Shown here: positions 46,620 through 54,114 of the stretch, piece by piece
How the letters are laid out: every line of letters starts with the position of its first letter
Position numbering within the stretch: position 1 is the stretch's first letter
From: a virus
Taxonomy: Duplodnaviria; Caudoviricetes
Direction: 5' to 3' (one strand)
DNA length: 54,114 nucleotides
IMG/VR virus record: IMGVR_UViG_3300025012_000112
Span: 1-54,114 of that record
Position numbers and translations under genes: made by a program
The notes under the pieces: model-generated
What the model was told of the DNA's origin: nothing
Database searches by the model: none
Seen by the model: only the letters and a program-made list of their open reading frames with translations

Positions 46620-46728
46620 GTTTCAATCACCGCGGCGTCCACCAGGACACTTGGTGATGTTTGATCTTCCCATTTGATCGGAGGGTTGCGCCATGGCCCA
46701 GCCGCCCGAAACCGGGCGGTTTTTGTTT
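46620..46728 (+). ncRNA. Putative ~100-nt small RNA
   Basis: Bracketed by a consensus promoter and an intrinsic terminator. Two predicted stems, and no complete ORF inside. Confidence 0.55.
46700..46728 (+). terminator. Intrinsic terminator
   Basis: GCCGCCCG-AAAC-CGGGCGGT then TTTTGTTT. Confidence 0.85.
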
Positions 46729-46743
46729 AACGGCAGTCGCCAT

Positions 46744-46775
46744 AACAAAAACAACCGCTCTGCGAAAGCGGCTGT
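46744..46775 (-). terminator. Intrinsic terminator (convergent)
   Basis: Minus strand ACAGCCGCT-TTCGCAG-AGCGGTTGT then TTTTGTT. Confidence 0.75.
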
Positions 46776-46933
46776 CTGTGAGGTAAAAACATGCAATACG
46801 TTCATAAGTATTATACATTCCACACGATCATTTGAGAAGATGTGGGCAAACAAAAAAGCTGCCCTGGGGCAGCCGCGTGCGCCGCGGTATCCGGGCGCCA
46901 TGATGTATGTGAGGGTTACGAATTAGAGGCTCG

Positions 46934-47293
46934 TCACCATTTTACTCGAGTGGCGTGACCGGCCGTAAGCAAGTCCTCGTTCAAGCAGTCCCCGACAAAC
47001 GTCTCATCCATCTTATCAGGCAACGTCGTCACGAACCCCATGTACTGCCCCGGCTCCCCGTTGTAGTCCCGGACGGTGCTGACGCAGAACGGTTTCCCCT
47101 TCCGTTGGGAGAACCACCGCTGGGTGAAAGCCCGTGCCGCGGGGCCGGCGCCGTCGCACAGCTCCGGGCAATGGACGCCCGCCAGCCGGATCGTCCGGTG
47201 CACCTGGATTGAGAACCCAAGGTCCACCAATGCCGACAACGTCCCGCCGTCCACCACTACCACATCCCGTATCCGGTAATTGTAAAGCATCAT
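46934..47293 (-). CDS. Thermonuclease (SNase)-family homologue with degenerate active site, leaderless
   Basis: VVDGGT...VDLGF...IRLAGVHCPE...LNEDLLTAGHA fold motifs; ATG 6 nt after the -10 box. Confidence 0.75.
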   Translation of the reverse strand: MMLYNYRIRDVVVVDGGTLSALVDLGFSIQVHRTIRLAGVHCPELCDGAGPAARAFTQRWFSQRKGKPFCVSTVRDYNGEPGQYMGFVTTLPDKMDETFVGDCLNEDLLTAGHATRVKW

Positions 47294-47299
47294 GCCATT

Positions 47300-47329
47300 A
47301 TCATACACCCGGGCCGCGGAGGGTGTCAA
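47300..47329 (-). promoter_or_regulatory. Promoter of the SNase-like gene
   Basis: TTGACA-18 nt-TATGAT. Confidence 0.75.
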
Positions 47330-47643
47330 GCTTTTCAAATCGGGCCGGGCAAGGTGGGCTTCCTTTCAAAATGCAAAGAGCCGGTCCCGGAGGATGGGAG
47401 GACCGGCGCTTTGGTTTAGGCGCCCGCCGGCGTGGCGTGCCGGCGCGGCAAACATTCTGGCTCACCCGATGCATCCCAAGCATAACACAGCGGCGCCTTA
47501 AAGGGAATAAGTCCCTCATATTATTTTGGCGGGAAGGCTGTTTCCGCGGACAACCTCCGTAGGGAACGCACCCACAAGGTATCTGGAGGGGCATACATGC
47601 TAAGCGGACGTAAGGCGAACTTCGGGGCCGAGGAAGGGTATTG

Positions 47644-47660
47644 CCTATTTGTGCTATGGT
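47644..47660 (+). promoter_or_regulatory. Possible extended -10 promoter for the rightward small genes
   Basis: TGcTATGGT inside an exact 14-bp copy (CCTATTTGTGCTAT) of the endolysin promoter core. Confidence 0.45.
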
Positions 47661-47794
47661 ACCGTGAAAGAACGTTCGGAGCCCACCGGGTGTTCTGTAG
47701 GACCTGACCATGCTCCGTTATGTGATCTTGGTGATGCTACGCATCGTATCCCTTTTGAAGTACGAGGGCACCCCACTTGAAAGGAGGTGAGCAC

Positions 47795-47896
47795 ATGAAC
47801 TTCGAAGAATTGTTCGTTAAGCACGCAAACAAGATTGCAGCAGCAGCGTTCGTCCTGTTCGTACTGGGTTGCGTCCTGTACAAGGTGTGGTTCTGA
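47795..47896 (+). CDS. 33-aa single-TM peptide
   Basis: Perfect SD AAAGGAGGTGA; MNFEELFVKHANKIAAAAFVLFVLGCVLYKVWF. Below the ORF-track cut-off. Confidence 0.75.
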   Translation: MNFEELFVKHANKIAAAAFVLFVLGCVLYKVWF

Positions 47897-48029
47897 GCAA
47901 GGCTTTGCCATTGTCCCTCAGCTATCATCGAGGGACTTTGGTAAGTCCTTATTCAATATAGATATGCTTGTCCACGCATGCTTAGCATGCACGGCATACT
48001 GTGGATAGGGCACAGGAGGCTTCAAAGCC

Positions 48030-48242
48030 ATGTACACCACCAACAGCAGTAGCAATTGGGTTATGCTCGCAGTAGCAGCGGTGCTGGGTATCGCACTCAT
48101 GTTCGCAGTATGCGTATGCTTCCCCTTGCTGCCCTCACGCACGAAGGACTGGGCCTTAGACCGTATGGCTTCCGGCAAGGTAGGCAGGACGGCTCGCAAG
48201 GCTGAGTACGCAACACTGCGTGCACGCAGAGCACAGAAGTAA
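48030..48242 (+). CDS. Small membrane protein, paralogue A
   Basis: SD AGGAGG; TM segment, CxC motif and basic tail. Confidence 0.75.
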   Translation: MYTTNSSSNWVMLAVAAVLGIALMFAVCVCFPLLPSRTKDWALDRMASGKVGRTARKAEYATLRARRAQK

Positions 48243-48322
48243 GCAGTAAGGCTTCATCACGTACCCACATAGAGAACACCCTGTGTGGGTACACATGAAC
48301 CCTTATCAATCGACACATGCAT

Positions 48323-48363
48323 GTATGTATATATATAGTACGTAAGTACTATATATAACATAC
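48323..48363. repeat. AT-rich inverted repeat
   Basis: GTATGT-A-TATATATAGTAC-GTAA-GTACTATATATA-ACATAC. Confidence 0.85.
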
Positions 48364-48471
48364 CACTACCCTCAGTAACATGCCCTGCTAAGGCAGGGTG
48401 TTGCACGTATACACAGCACCAGCATGGGTGCTCTACAAGTACATGCACACAAACAGGAGGTGTACATCACC

Positions 48472-48675
48472 ATGTACACAACAACAAACAGCAGTTGGAT
48501 TTATGCAGTAGCGGCACTCGTAGTAGGGCTCGCCCTCATGTTCGTGCTCTGCGTGTGCTACCCTGTCCTGCCCGCACGTACCAAGCAGGGCATCGTGGAC
48601 AGGCTTGCGGCACGCAAGGTAGGGCGCTCCGCATACAAGGACGCGCTCAGCAGCATCCGCACCGCAAGAAAGTAA
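48472..48675 (+). CDS. Small membrane protein, paralogue B
   Basis: SD AGGAGGT; clearly homologous to 48030..48242. Confidence 0.75.
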   Translation: MYTTTNSSWIYAVAALVVGLALMFVLCVCYPVLPARTKQGIVDRLAARKVGRSAYKDALSSIRTARK

Positions 48676-48754
48676 GGCTTTGCACACAGCGCCTGCTCAC
48701 AGCAGTGGGCGCTGTAGCAAGTCCTTACACAGACACAAGGGAGGAATAAGCACC

Positions 48755-48928
48755 ATGGTAGCAGACAACAAGAGGAAGTACAATCCGCGGGATGACGAGC
48801 CTGAACGTCATCGTAGGAAAGAACGCTTGGATCGTGAGACACTGGAAGGCCTGGGTAAAGCCTGGCGCAACATCCCGAAAAAGACGCTCGAGCAGATCGA
48901 ACGACTGCTCAATGAAGACCAAAAGTAG
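48755..48928 (+). CDS. Small charged hypothetical protein
   Basis: SD GGAGG before ATG 48755. Confidence 0.6.
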   Translation: MVADNKRKYNPRDDEPERHRRKERLDRETLEGLGKAWRNIPKKTLEQIERLLNEDQK

Positions 48929-48939
48929 GAGGGGACGAC

Positions 48940-49299
48940 ATGCTAACGATAGTCGAAGCTTTTGACATCCTGTTCGAATCGATAACCCACGTTGCTCCGG
49001 ATCGTGTTATGGACAACATGGAAGCGCAACAAGCCCTTGTGGAACTCTGGGCGGGCTGGTCGTCCAAACGCTGCACCGAAGGGATTTGGGAAGGTCTCCT
49101 GGATATCCAACGGTTCCAGCCTGGATTCAACATCCAATCATGCAGTTATGATATCCGGTTCGATTGCGACGCTGAGAACTGTTCAATGTCGGAATGCCCG
49201 GAATGTATCGTCAATCCCTGTGAGGGGTGTGTAAACGATGGGTCTTTCTCATTCGAAGCAACGGTTGAATGCGACGGTTGCTCAAAAAGAGGGGATTAA
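48940..49299 (+). CDS. Cys-rich acidic hypothetical protein
   Basis: SD AGGAGG; CPEC, CEGC and CDGC motifs. Confidence 0.65.
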   Translation: MLTIVEAFDILFESITHVAPDRVMDNMEAQQALVELWAGWSSKRCTEGIWEGLLDIQRFQPGFNIQSCSYDIRFDCDAENCSMSECPECIVNPCEGCVNDGSFSFEATVECDGCSKRGD

Positions 49300-49313
49300 A
49301 GGAGGTCGCGAAT

Positions 49314-49967
49314 ATGCTTTGCCAAAGATGCGCCCACTTTCTCAGTGGACGCCCGCTGTTTGATCAAGGCGCGGATCAGTGCGCAGTGGGCAGGCCCATT
49401 GATGCGGATATGAACGCGGAACACACCATGAATATGGTGGTGGGCTCCTACTTCCATCCGGACTTCGAGTACGTGGAACCTGTCTATCCGCGGAATGAGC
49501 GGGTGGACGAGGACAAGGTGCTGCAGAACCTGATTGCGTTCCTGAACGGGGACGAAGTCGAAGAACTGGATCTGCTCACCAAAATAGGCGATGTGGAAAT
49601 CGACCCGCAATTCGTGGATGCCGCCGAAGCAATACTGGAGATGGCCCGTACCACGATGCAGGACTGGCTGGACCAGCGTCGACTGGTTATTCACCAGCCG
49701 CCGTACATCGACCAGTGCATTAACCACTGGCTTCGCTACAAGAACCAGGGTGCGTACTGGGACATCGTGATCTGGCTCAAGGAACGGAAGTTCGCTTTGC
49801 CGGAGTTCGACGACACGTGGTTTAAGGGTTGGCAACACATCGATCAAGTGAAACGGGCTCGGCTGGAAGCCATGGGCCTGGTTGGGCAAGACCCGCACTG
49901 CCCGTATTTCGTGCAGGCTGCGGACGAAGACATCGAGGACCCTGAGTGGTCCATGCTTGTCTACTAA
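49314..49967 (+). CDS. Hypothetical protein (possible split Cys metal site)
   Basis: SD AAGGAGGT; N-terminal CQRC..C and C-terminal CPYF. Confidence 0.65.
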   Translation: MLCQRCAHFLSGRPLFDQGADQCAVGRPIDADMNAEHTMNMVVGSYFHPDFEYVEPVYPRNERVDEDKVLQNLIAFLNGDEVEELDLLTKIGDVEIDPQFVDAAEAILEMARTTMQDWLDQRRLVIHQPPYIDQCINHWLRYKNQGAYWDIVIWLKERKFALPEFDDTWFKGWQHIDQVKRARLEAMGLVGQDPHCPYFVQAADEDIEDPEWSMLVY

Positions 49968-49982
49968 AACAGGAGGTGTGCC

Positions 49983-50642
49983 ATGCACATCATAGACGAA
50001 GAATATAGGTTGCAGGTTGCGATGGAAATCGAGCGCACTCGTGGTAAGGAAGACGCGGACGCGTTCCTGGAAGCGCAAGCAGAGATGGACGCGGCTGTAG
50101 TGGTAGCGGAGCCGCAGTCTGAAGAGGCTAAGGAGGAAGCGACCATGCAAGTGACAACGTACACGCAGGAAGAAGCGTTGACGCATGCCATAGGCCTGCA
50201 TGCCAGCTCTTTCAAGTTCAGGGCGGTGTATTTGCACCGCAGGGCTGATGGGGCCGGCTTCTACATCGTGACGTTCGTGGATCGCCACTGGACGCACGAA
50301 CTTCTGATGAGCCAGGCCAAAGGAGTCACGCTCGGCGGTGTGTTCAAACTGCTGGACCCCAGCATTGGCAAGGCTGATGGGAATGTTATCCGCCCGGGTG
50401 TCACACCCGCGGGGAAGCGCGATCCCAACACTTACATGAGCGACGCCGTGTATGCCATGGTAACAGCGTGGCAAAAGTCTCCGGACATCGCACTGATGGT
50501 GGCCGCCGAACTGGCGAAGCTGAGCAACTCATTCAAACAAAAGGAGGCGGCGCCGCCAGTGAGCGCAGCGAACGCCATGAGCAAGCTCTTAAACCTCCCC
50601 GGTGAAACGGGCGAGGCAGGAGGGGATCAAACAACAATCTAA
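49983..50642 (+). CDS. Hypothetical protein with probable second in-frame start at 50145
   Basis: SD AGGAGGT at the first start and AAGGAGG before MQVTTY. Confidence 0.65.
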   Translation: MHIIDEEYRLQVAMEIERTRGKEDADAFLEAQAEMDAAVVVAEPQSEEAKEEATMQVTTYTQEEALTHAIGLHASSFKFRAVYLHRRADGAGFYIVTFVDRHWTHELLMSQAKGVTLGGVFKLLDPSIGKADGNVIRPGVTPAGKRDPNTYMSDAVYAMVTAWQKSPDIALMVAAELAKLSNSFKQKEAAPPVSAANAMSKLLNLPGETGEAGGDQTTI

Positions 50643-50862
50643 CCGCGGCTTGGCCCAGCGTGGTGATCATCATGTATACGTCGGCCCTGGCTACCCACCC
50701 GCCCATCCCAAATGGTCGTACCCGGCCGGAGGGGTGTGGCGGCGGTAGTCGGCCGCCGGACGTGTACGGGGTCGTAGGGATGTGGTAGTAGAATCCCATA
50801 GCATTCTTTGATATCAATCCGCGGGACACAGTTCTCGCGGCAACTTACAAGGAGGTGTTCTC

Positions 50863-51459
50863 ATGAACGCCAACGAACTCAGCGCCATTCTCAAGCAGCA
50901 CAAGGTCACCGTGTACAAACCCCAGCAGGCGGAGGGGGCATGGGACGTGAAGGTCACGCTCCCGACACCATTGGCGACCAAGAAGCACGTGCCCACGCGC
51001 GACGCCAAGGGCGCCGTGGTGATGGAGCAGTACACCACAACGTCCGGGAACATCCGCACCCGGCCGGTAATGCAGGACGTGGACATCACGGCCACCGTCC
51101 AAAGGTTCCGGATCCGGCCGTCCCACGATCACGGCGGCTGCATCCGCGGCCGCTCCGTGGAGATCATCGATCGCTACGGCATTCCGCGCACCCGCAACGA
51201 CGCGATGTCGACCGGGGACCTGGTGGGCATTGCCGAAACGATCTCGTCGGCCCTGACGTTCTTCGAAGAGGGTCACGACAACAGCCTCCCCGCGGAAGTG
51301 GTCATGTCCGCCCTGGAACTGATGTACGTACCGCGGCCCGTCCACGGCACACGCAACGCCAACGCGGCGGAAGCCATGAACACACTGCTGGGCCAGCCCG
51401 CACCGGTCGAAGACCAGTCCGCGGGAGAAGATGGCACCGGCGACCAACGGGAGTGGTAG
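50863..51459 (+). CDS. Hypothetical protein
   Basis: SD AAGGAGGT; strong GC3 bias. Confidence 0.7.
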   Translation: MNANELSAILKQHKVTVYKPQQAEGAWDVKVTLPTPLATKKHVPTRDAKGAVVMEQYTTTSGNIRTRPVMQDVDITATVQRFRIRPSHDHGGCIRGRSVEIIDRYGIPRTRNDAMSTGDLVGIAETISSALTFFEEGHDNSLPAEVVMSALELMYVPRPVHGTRNANAAEAMNTLLGQPAPVEDQSAGEDGTGDQREW

Positions 51460-51491
51460 TCCCGCGGCAAAACTCCGCGCTCGCCTGAATG

Positions 51492-51509
51492 GTTAAGGTA
51501 TACCTTAAC
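51492..51509. repeat. Perfect 18-bp palindrome
   Basis: GTTAAGGTATACCTTAAC. Confidence 0.9.
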
Positions 51510-51889
51510 ATAGTCTATACGCACGCGCGCTCGCGTACGCGCACACGTAAGGCGCCTCGGCTGCACCCGTGAGAGAAACCCGGAGGGTGGGGGTGGGTAT
51601 TCTCCCACCCATGCGTGGGGCCTGCCTCCTACGACATGTAAACTGATGGCTACGATCCGTGAACTGTATATGTCTATGTTACATAGATACGGTTATCGTC
51701 CGCGGTAAGTGCCAGCGACTCCCATGCGTGGGGACAGTCCCCTCTGTCTGGTGGTAACATCCCATCCTCACCTTTCTTGGGTTCTTATCCATACATGGAA
51801 GGAGGTGTCCGTAGTACTGTGAGCATAGTACGGTTCTGTCTGACCGCGGTAAGTGCCGTGCCATTCTGATTACTGGAGGGAATACGACC

Positions 51890-52417
51890 ATGGCCTGTGA
51901 AATCTGCTCCGAAGCGAACTGCAAGGCCTGCAGCGACATCGATTGCCCCGACACGTTATACGTGGAACGGGAAGACCCGCTCGACCAGATACGACCCGGC
52001 CAAACTACACGCTTGTCCGACAGCCCCACCGATTGGGCCGATCTCATGAAACGGGTCGACGCCTATTCCGATATGCTGGATGCATTGGTGCCCCTGGACA
52101 CCCCTGGGAGCCCGCACGGCCATCCTAACACTATCATTAAGGGCCTGACTGGATGTTCCATGATGTCGGAATTCAACGAGGAGGACCACGAAAAACTCAA
52201 GAAGATACTGGGTCTGGCCGAGCAAGGCCATCAAGCGATCAGGCATGGCCAGCAAATCCTGGCCCAAGCAACGGCAATCGCCGCGAGCCTGCTATCCGTG
52301 ACGTACCACGTCTCGCTCAATGAGGCCATGGACCTGATCACCAGCAACTTCACGCGTTTACGGGGGCACAAAGTCGTCCCCGCGGATCTGCAACAAGCAT
52401 CCGATCCAACACCATAG
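51890..52417 (+). CDS. Hypothetical protein with N-terminal Cys cluster
   Basis: SD GGAGG; CEIC...CKAC...C. Confidence 0.6.
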   Translation: MACEICSEANCKACSDIDCPDTLYVEREDPLDQIRPGQTTRLSDSPTDWADLMKRVDAYSDMLDALVPLDTPGSPHGHPNTIIKGLTGCSMMSEFNEEDHEKLKKILGLAEQGHQAIRHGQQILAQATAIAASLLSVTYHVSLNEAMDLITSNFTRLRGHKVVPADLQQASDPTP

Positions 52418-52427
52418 GAGGTATGCC

Positions 52428-52793
52428 ATGCATATCATCGTAGCTGGCTCTCGTGACTTTAATGACTGGGAGCGCCTGTGCCGAATCCTCGACAAGGAGG
52501 TCAAACCCGGCGATACCATCGTGTCCGGCGCCGCCCGTGGCGCGGACCAGATGGGCGAGCAGTATGCGAATGCCCACAATATCCCGGTCTTGCGCATGCC
52601 GGCACAGTGGACCTTGTACGGCAAATCGGCGGGATACCGCCGCAACGAGGCCATGGCCGATCGCGCACAAAAAGCCATTGTGTTCTGGGATGGCCAGTCC
52701 CGCGGATCGAAACACATGATCGATATTGCACACGCACGAGGACTGGAAGTCCTTATCGTGCGCACCGATAGAAAGGAGGGCAACCTGTCATGA
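52428..52793 (+). CDS. SLOG superfamily protein (YspA/DUF2493-like)
   Basis: IIVAGSRDF, IVSGAARGAD, SAGYRRNEAM and FWDGQSRGSKHMI. Confidence 0.88.
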   Translation: MHIIVAGSRDFNDWERLCRILDKEVKPGDTIVSGAARGADQMGEQYANAHNIPVLRMPAQWTLYGKSAGYRRNEAMADRAQKAIVFWDGQSRGSKHMIDIAHARGLEVLIVRTDRKEGNLS

Positions 52794-53203
52794 CCTTACG
52801 CAAGTCGCTCCTGCGAACCACGCTCGCAGCTTTGGATATCCCCATGAACTGCCGTCCTTGCCGGGAATTCTTTATCGAGCTGGTGGTGCACATGGCCACC
52901 TACTCTCAGACGGAAACGGAAAACATCCACGCGTTGGAACACACGTTTCTGTATCTCGAGTCCATCCAGGAGGTTAAACCAAGGTTCCTTGTAATGGCTC
53001 TGGTCACAGGGAACCCAGACGACCGGAATCTGTACACGCATGCGTCCGCGACACTGTTAACCCGCCATTTCCAGGAGCCAACGGAAGGAGAGACCATACA
53101 CGGCATTCTCGAGTGGCACCCGGACGTTTCCTTGTACATGCCGATCCCGATCGATATCGACAAGTTCAAATTACTCGCTGAGGAGGAATCAGCCGATGCT
53201 TGA
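52790..53203 (+). CDS. Hypothetical protein
   Basis: SD AAGGAGG; coupled (ATGA). Confidence 0.6.
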   Translation: MTLRKSLLRTTLAALDIPMNCRPCREFFIELVVHMATYSQTETENIHALEHTFLYLESIQEVKPRFLVMALVTGNPDDRNLYTHASATLLTRHFQEPTEGETIHGILEWHPDVSLYMPIPIDIDKFKLLAEEESADA

Positions 53204-53552
53204 ACTCTACACGGCATCGTTCTTCAACAAGAAGGACCATGTGGGCACACCGTGTTCAATCGCCCGTTCGGAACCGAATGGGTTCAAAGGTACACGGTTT
53301 GCCCTGGTGAACCCGTCCGGCGAACTGTTGAACGACTACAAAACCGGCAAGATTAAATGGCCGGGGTACGAAGTGGCCTACAACAAGTTCCTCGATCGCA
53401 ACAAAGCCGTCATCCTGTTGAACATCGGGGCGTTCACGCGACCAGTCACGTTCCTGTGCTGGGAAAAGACACCCGAACAGTGCCACCGCCGTTTACTTGC
53501 GGTCTGGTTAAATAAACATGGGATAATCATCCCTGATTCACACATCAAATGA
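53196..53552 (+). CDS. DUF488-family protein
   Basis: LYTASF...SIARSEP...PSGELL...FLCWEKTPEQCHRRLLA. Confidence 0.8.
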   Translation: MLELYTASFFNKKDHVGTPCSIARSEPNGFKGTRFALVNPSGELLNDYKTGKIKWPGYEVAYNKFLDRNKAVILLNIGAFTRPVTFLCWEKTPEQCHRRLLAVWLNKHGIIIPDSHIK

Positions 53553-53561
53553 GGAGGTCCC

Positions 53562-54114
53562 ATGGACATACTCGAATTCACTGGTGAACACAGGTTCCTG
53601 TCCAACTTCTGGCCAGCGGAAGTGGAGCTGGATGACCACGCATACCCGACTGTGGAACATGCATTCCAAGCGGCCAAATGCGTCCGCACGGACGATGCTG
53701 CCCGAGTCATGGTAGGCGAAGTGGCTATGGCGTACCGGAAAGCTATTCTGACCTGCCCAACACCTGCCGCGGCCAAGGCCATGGGACGCCAGGCTATCTT
53801 GCGCCCGGACTGGCAAGACGTCAAGATACCAATCATGACACACCTGGTCCGGCAAAAGTTCCACCGGCACCCGCAACTGGCCGCACTGCTCATCGCCACG
53901 GCCCCCGGAAAGATCGTGGAAGGGAACAACTGGAACGACTACTTCTGGGGCCAATGTGGCGGCAAAGGCCAAAACCATCTCGGCCGCATCTTGAAACAGG
54001 TCCGGTCGGACCTCATGGCAACCGAGCAACCGGTTGGCGAGGATGCTCTCTGGATCATCAAACAGCAATCAGTCCTGCTTATGGAAGCGTTCGGTCTGCC
54101 CGCGGTACTAATGA
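53562..54114 (+). CDS. NADAR (YbiA-like) family protein, runs off the window
   Basis: Not in the ORF track. SD GAGGAGGT. FLSNFW...YPTVEHAFQAAK...KF..HPQL...IVEGN...DYFWG...GQNHLGRIL. Confidence 0.9.
   Translation, partial: MDILEFTGEHRFLSNFWPAEVELDDHAYPTVEHAFQAAKCVRTDDAARVMVGEVAMAYRKAILTCPTPAAAKAMGRQAILRPDWQDVKIPIMTHLVRQKFHRHPQLAALLIATAPGKIVEGNNWNDYFWGQCGGKGQNHLGRILKQVRSDLMATEQPVGEDALWIIKQQSVLLMEAFGLPAVLM

Noticed and set aside
46810-46838. Leftward promoter (TTCTCA-17-TATAAT) making a ~55-nt RNA
   Set aside because: The -35 is weak and the downstream terminator is already explained by the SNase-like gene, so it is not supportable as a separate RNA.
47301-47790. ORFs in the strand-switch gap (47134..47562, 47301..47711, 47654..47911)
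   Set aside because: They have no SD, are Arg/Pro-rich in a way typical of non-coding frames, and overlap promoter elements.
51600-51860. CRISPR-like mini-array
   Set aside because: There are only two imperfect copies about 140 bp apart, no regular repeat-spacer period and no cas genes.
1-54114. Stop-codon reassignment and tRNA genes
   Set aside because: Genes tile densely in the standard code and end in all three stop codons. No cloverleaf with a T-loop signature was recognised.

Overview
This is a 54-kb piece of a large contractile-tailed (myovirus-type) dsDNA phage genome in standard genetic code, about 58-60% GC by eye. The host cannot be identified from this window. Positions 1-45.5 kb form one leftward late operon. 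It runs from small and large terminase, through a portal fused to a MuF-like domain, prohead protease with a nested scaffold, decoration protein and major capsid protein, to neck proteins interleaved with many fibre/decoration genes. It continues with a holin/spanin-like block, two sheath paralogues (one of 1619 aa), three tail-tube-like paralogues, a G/GT chaperone pair with a -1 slippery site, and the start of a probable tape measure gene. A control region at 45.5-47.8 kb holds back-to-back sigma70-type promoters, a LysM-amidase endolysin, a probable ~100-nt small RNA and a leaderless, catalytically degenerate thermonuclease. Rightward small early-type genes follow, ending in a SLOG / DUF488 / NADAR cluster. 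The most unusual observations are: an Ig-like domain apparently split between two separately translated genes 7.3 kb apart; a single-chain spanin-like protein ending in an outer-membrane beta-signal; a 521-nt dual-coding overlap at the end of TerS; the orphan sRNA; and roughly 2.5-3-fold excess of the palindrome CCGCGG. All family assignments come from motif recognition and gene order, not database searches.
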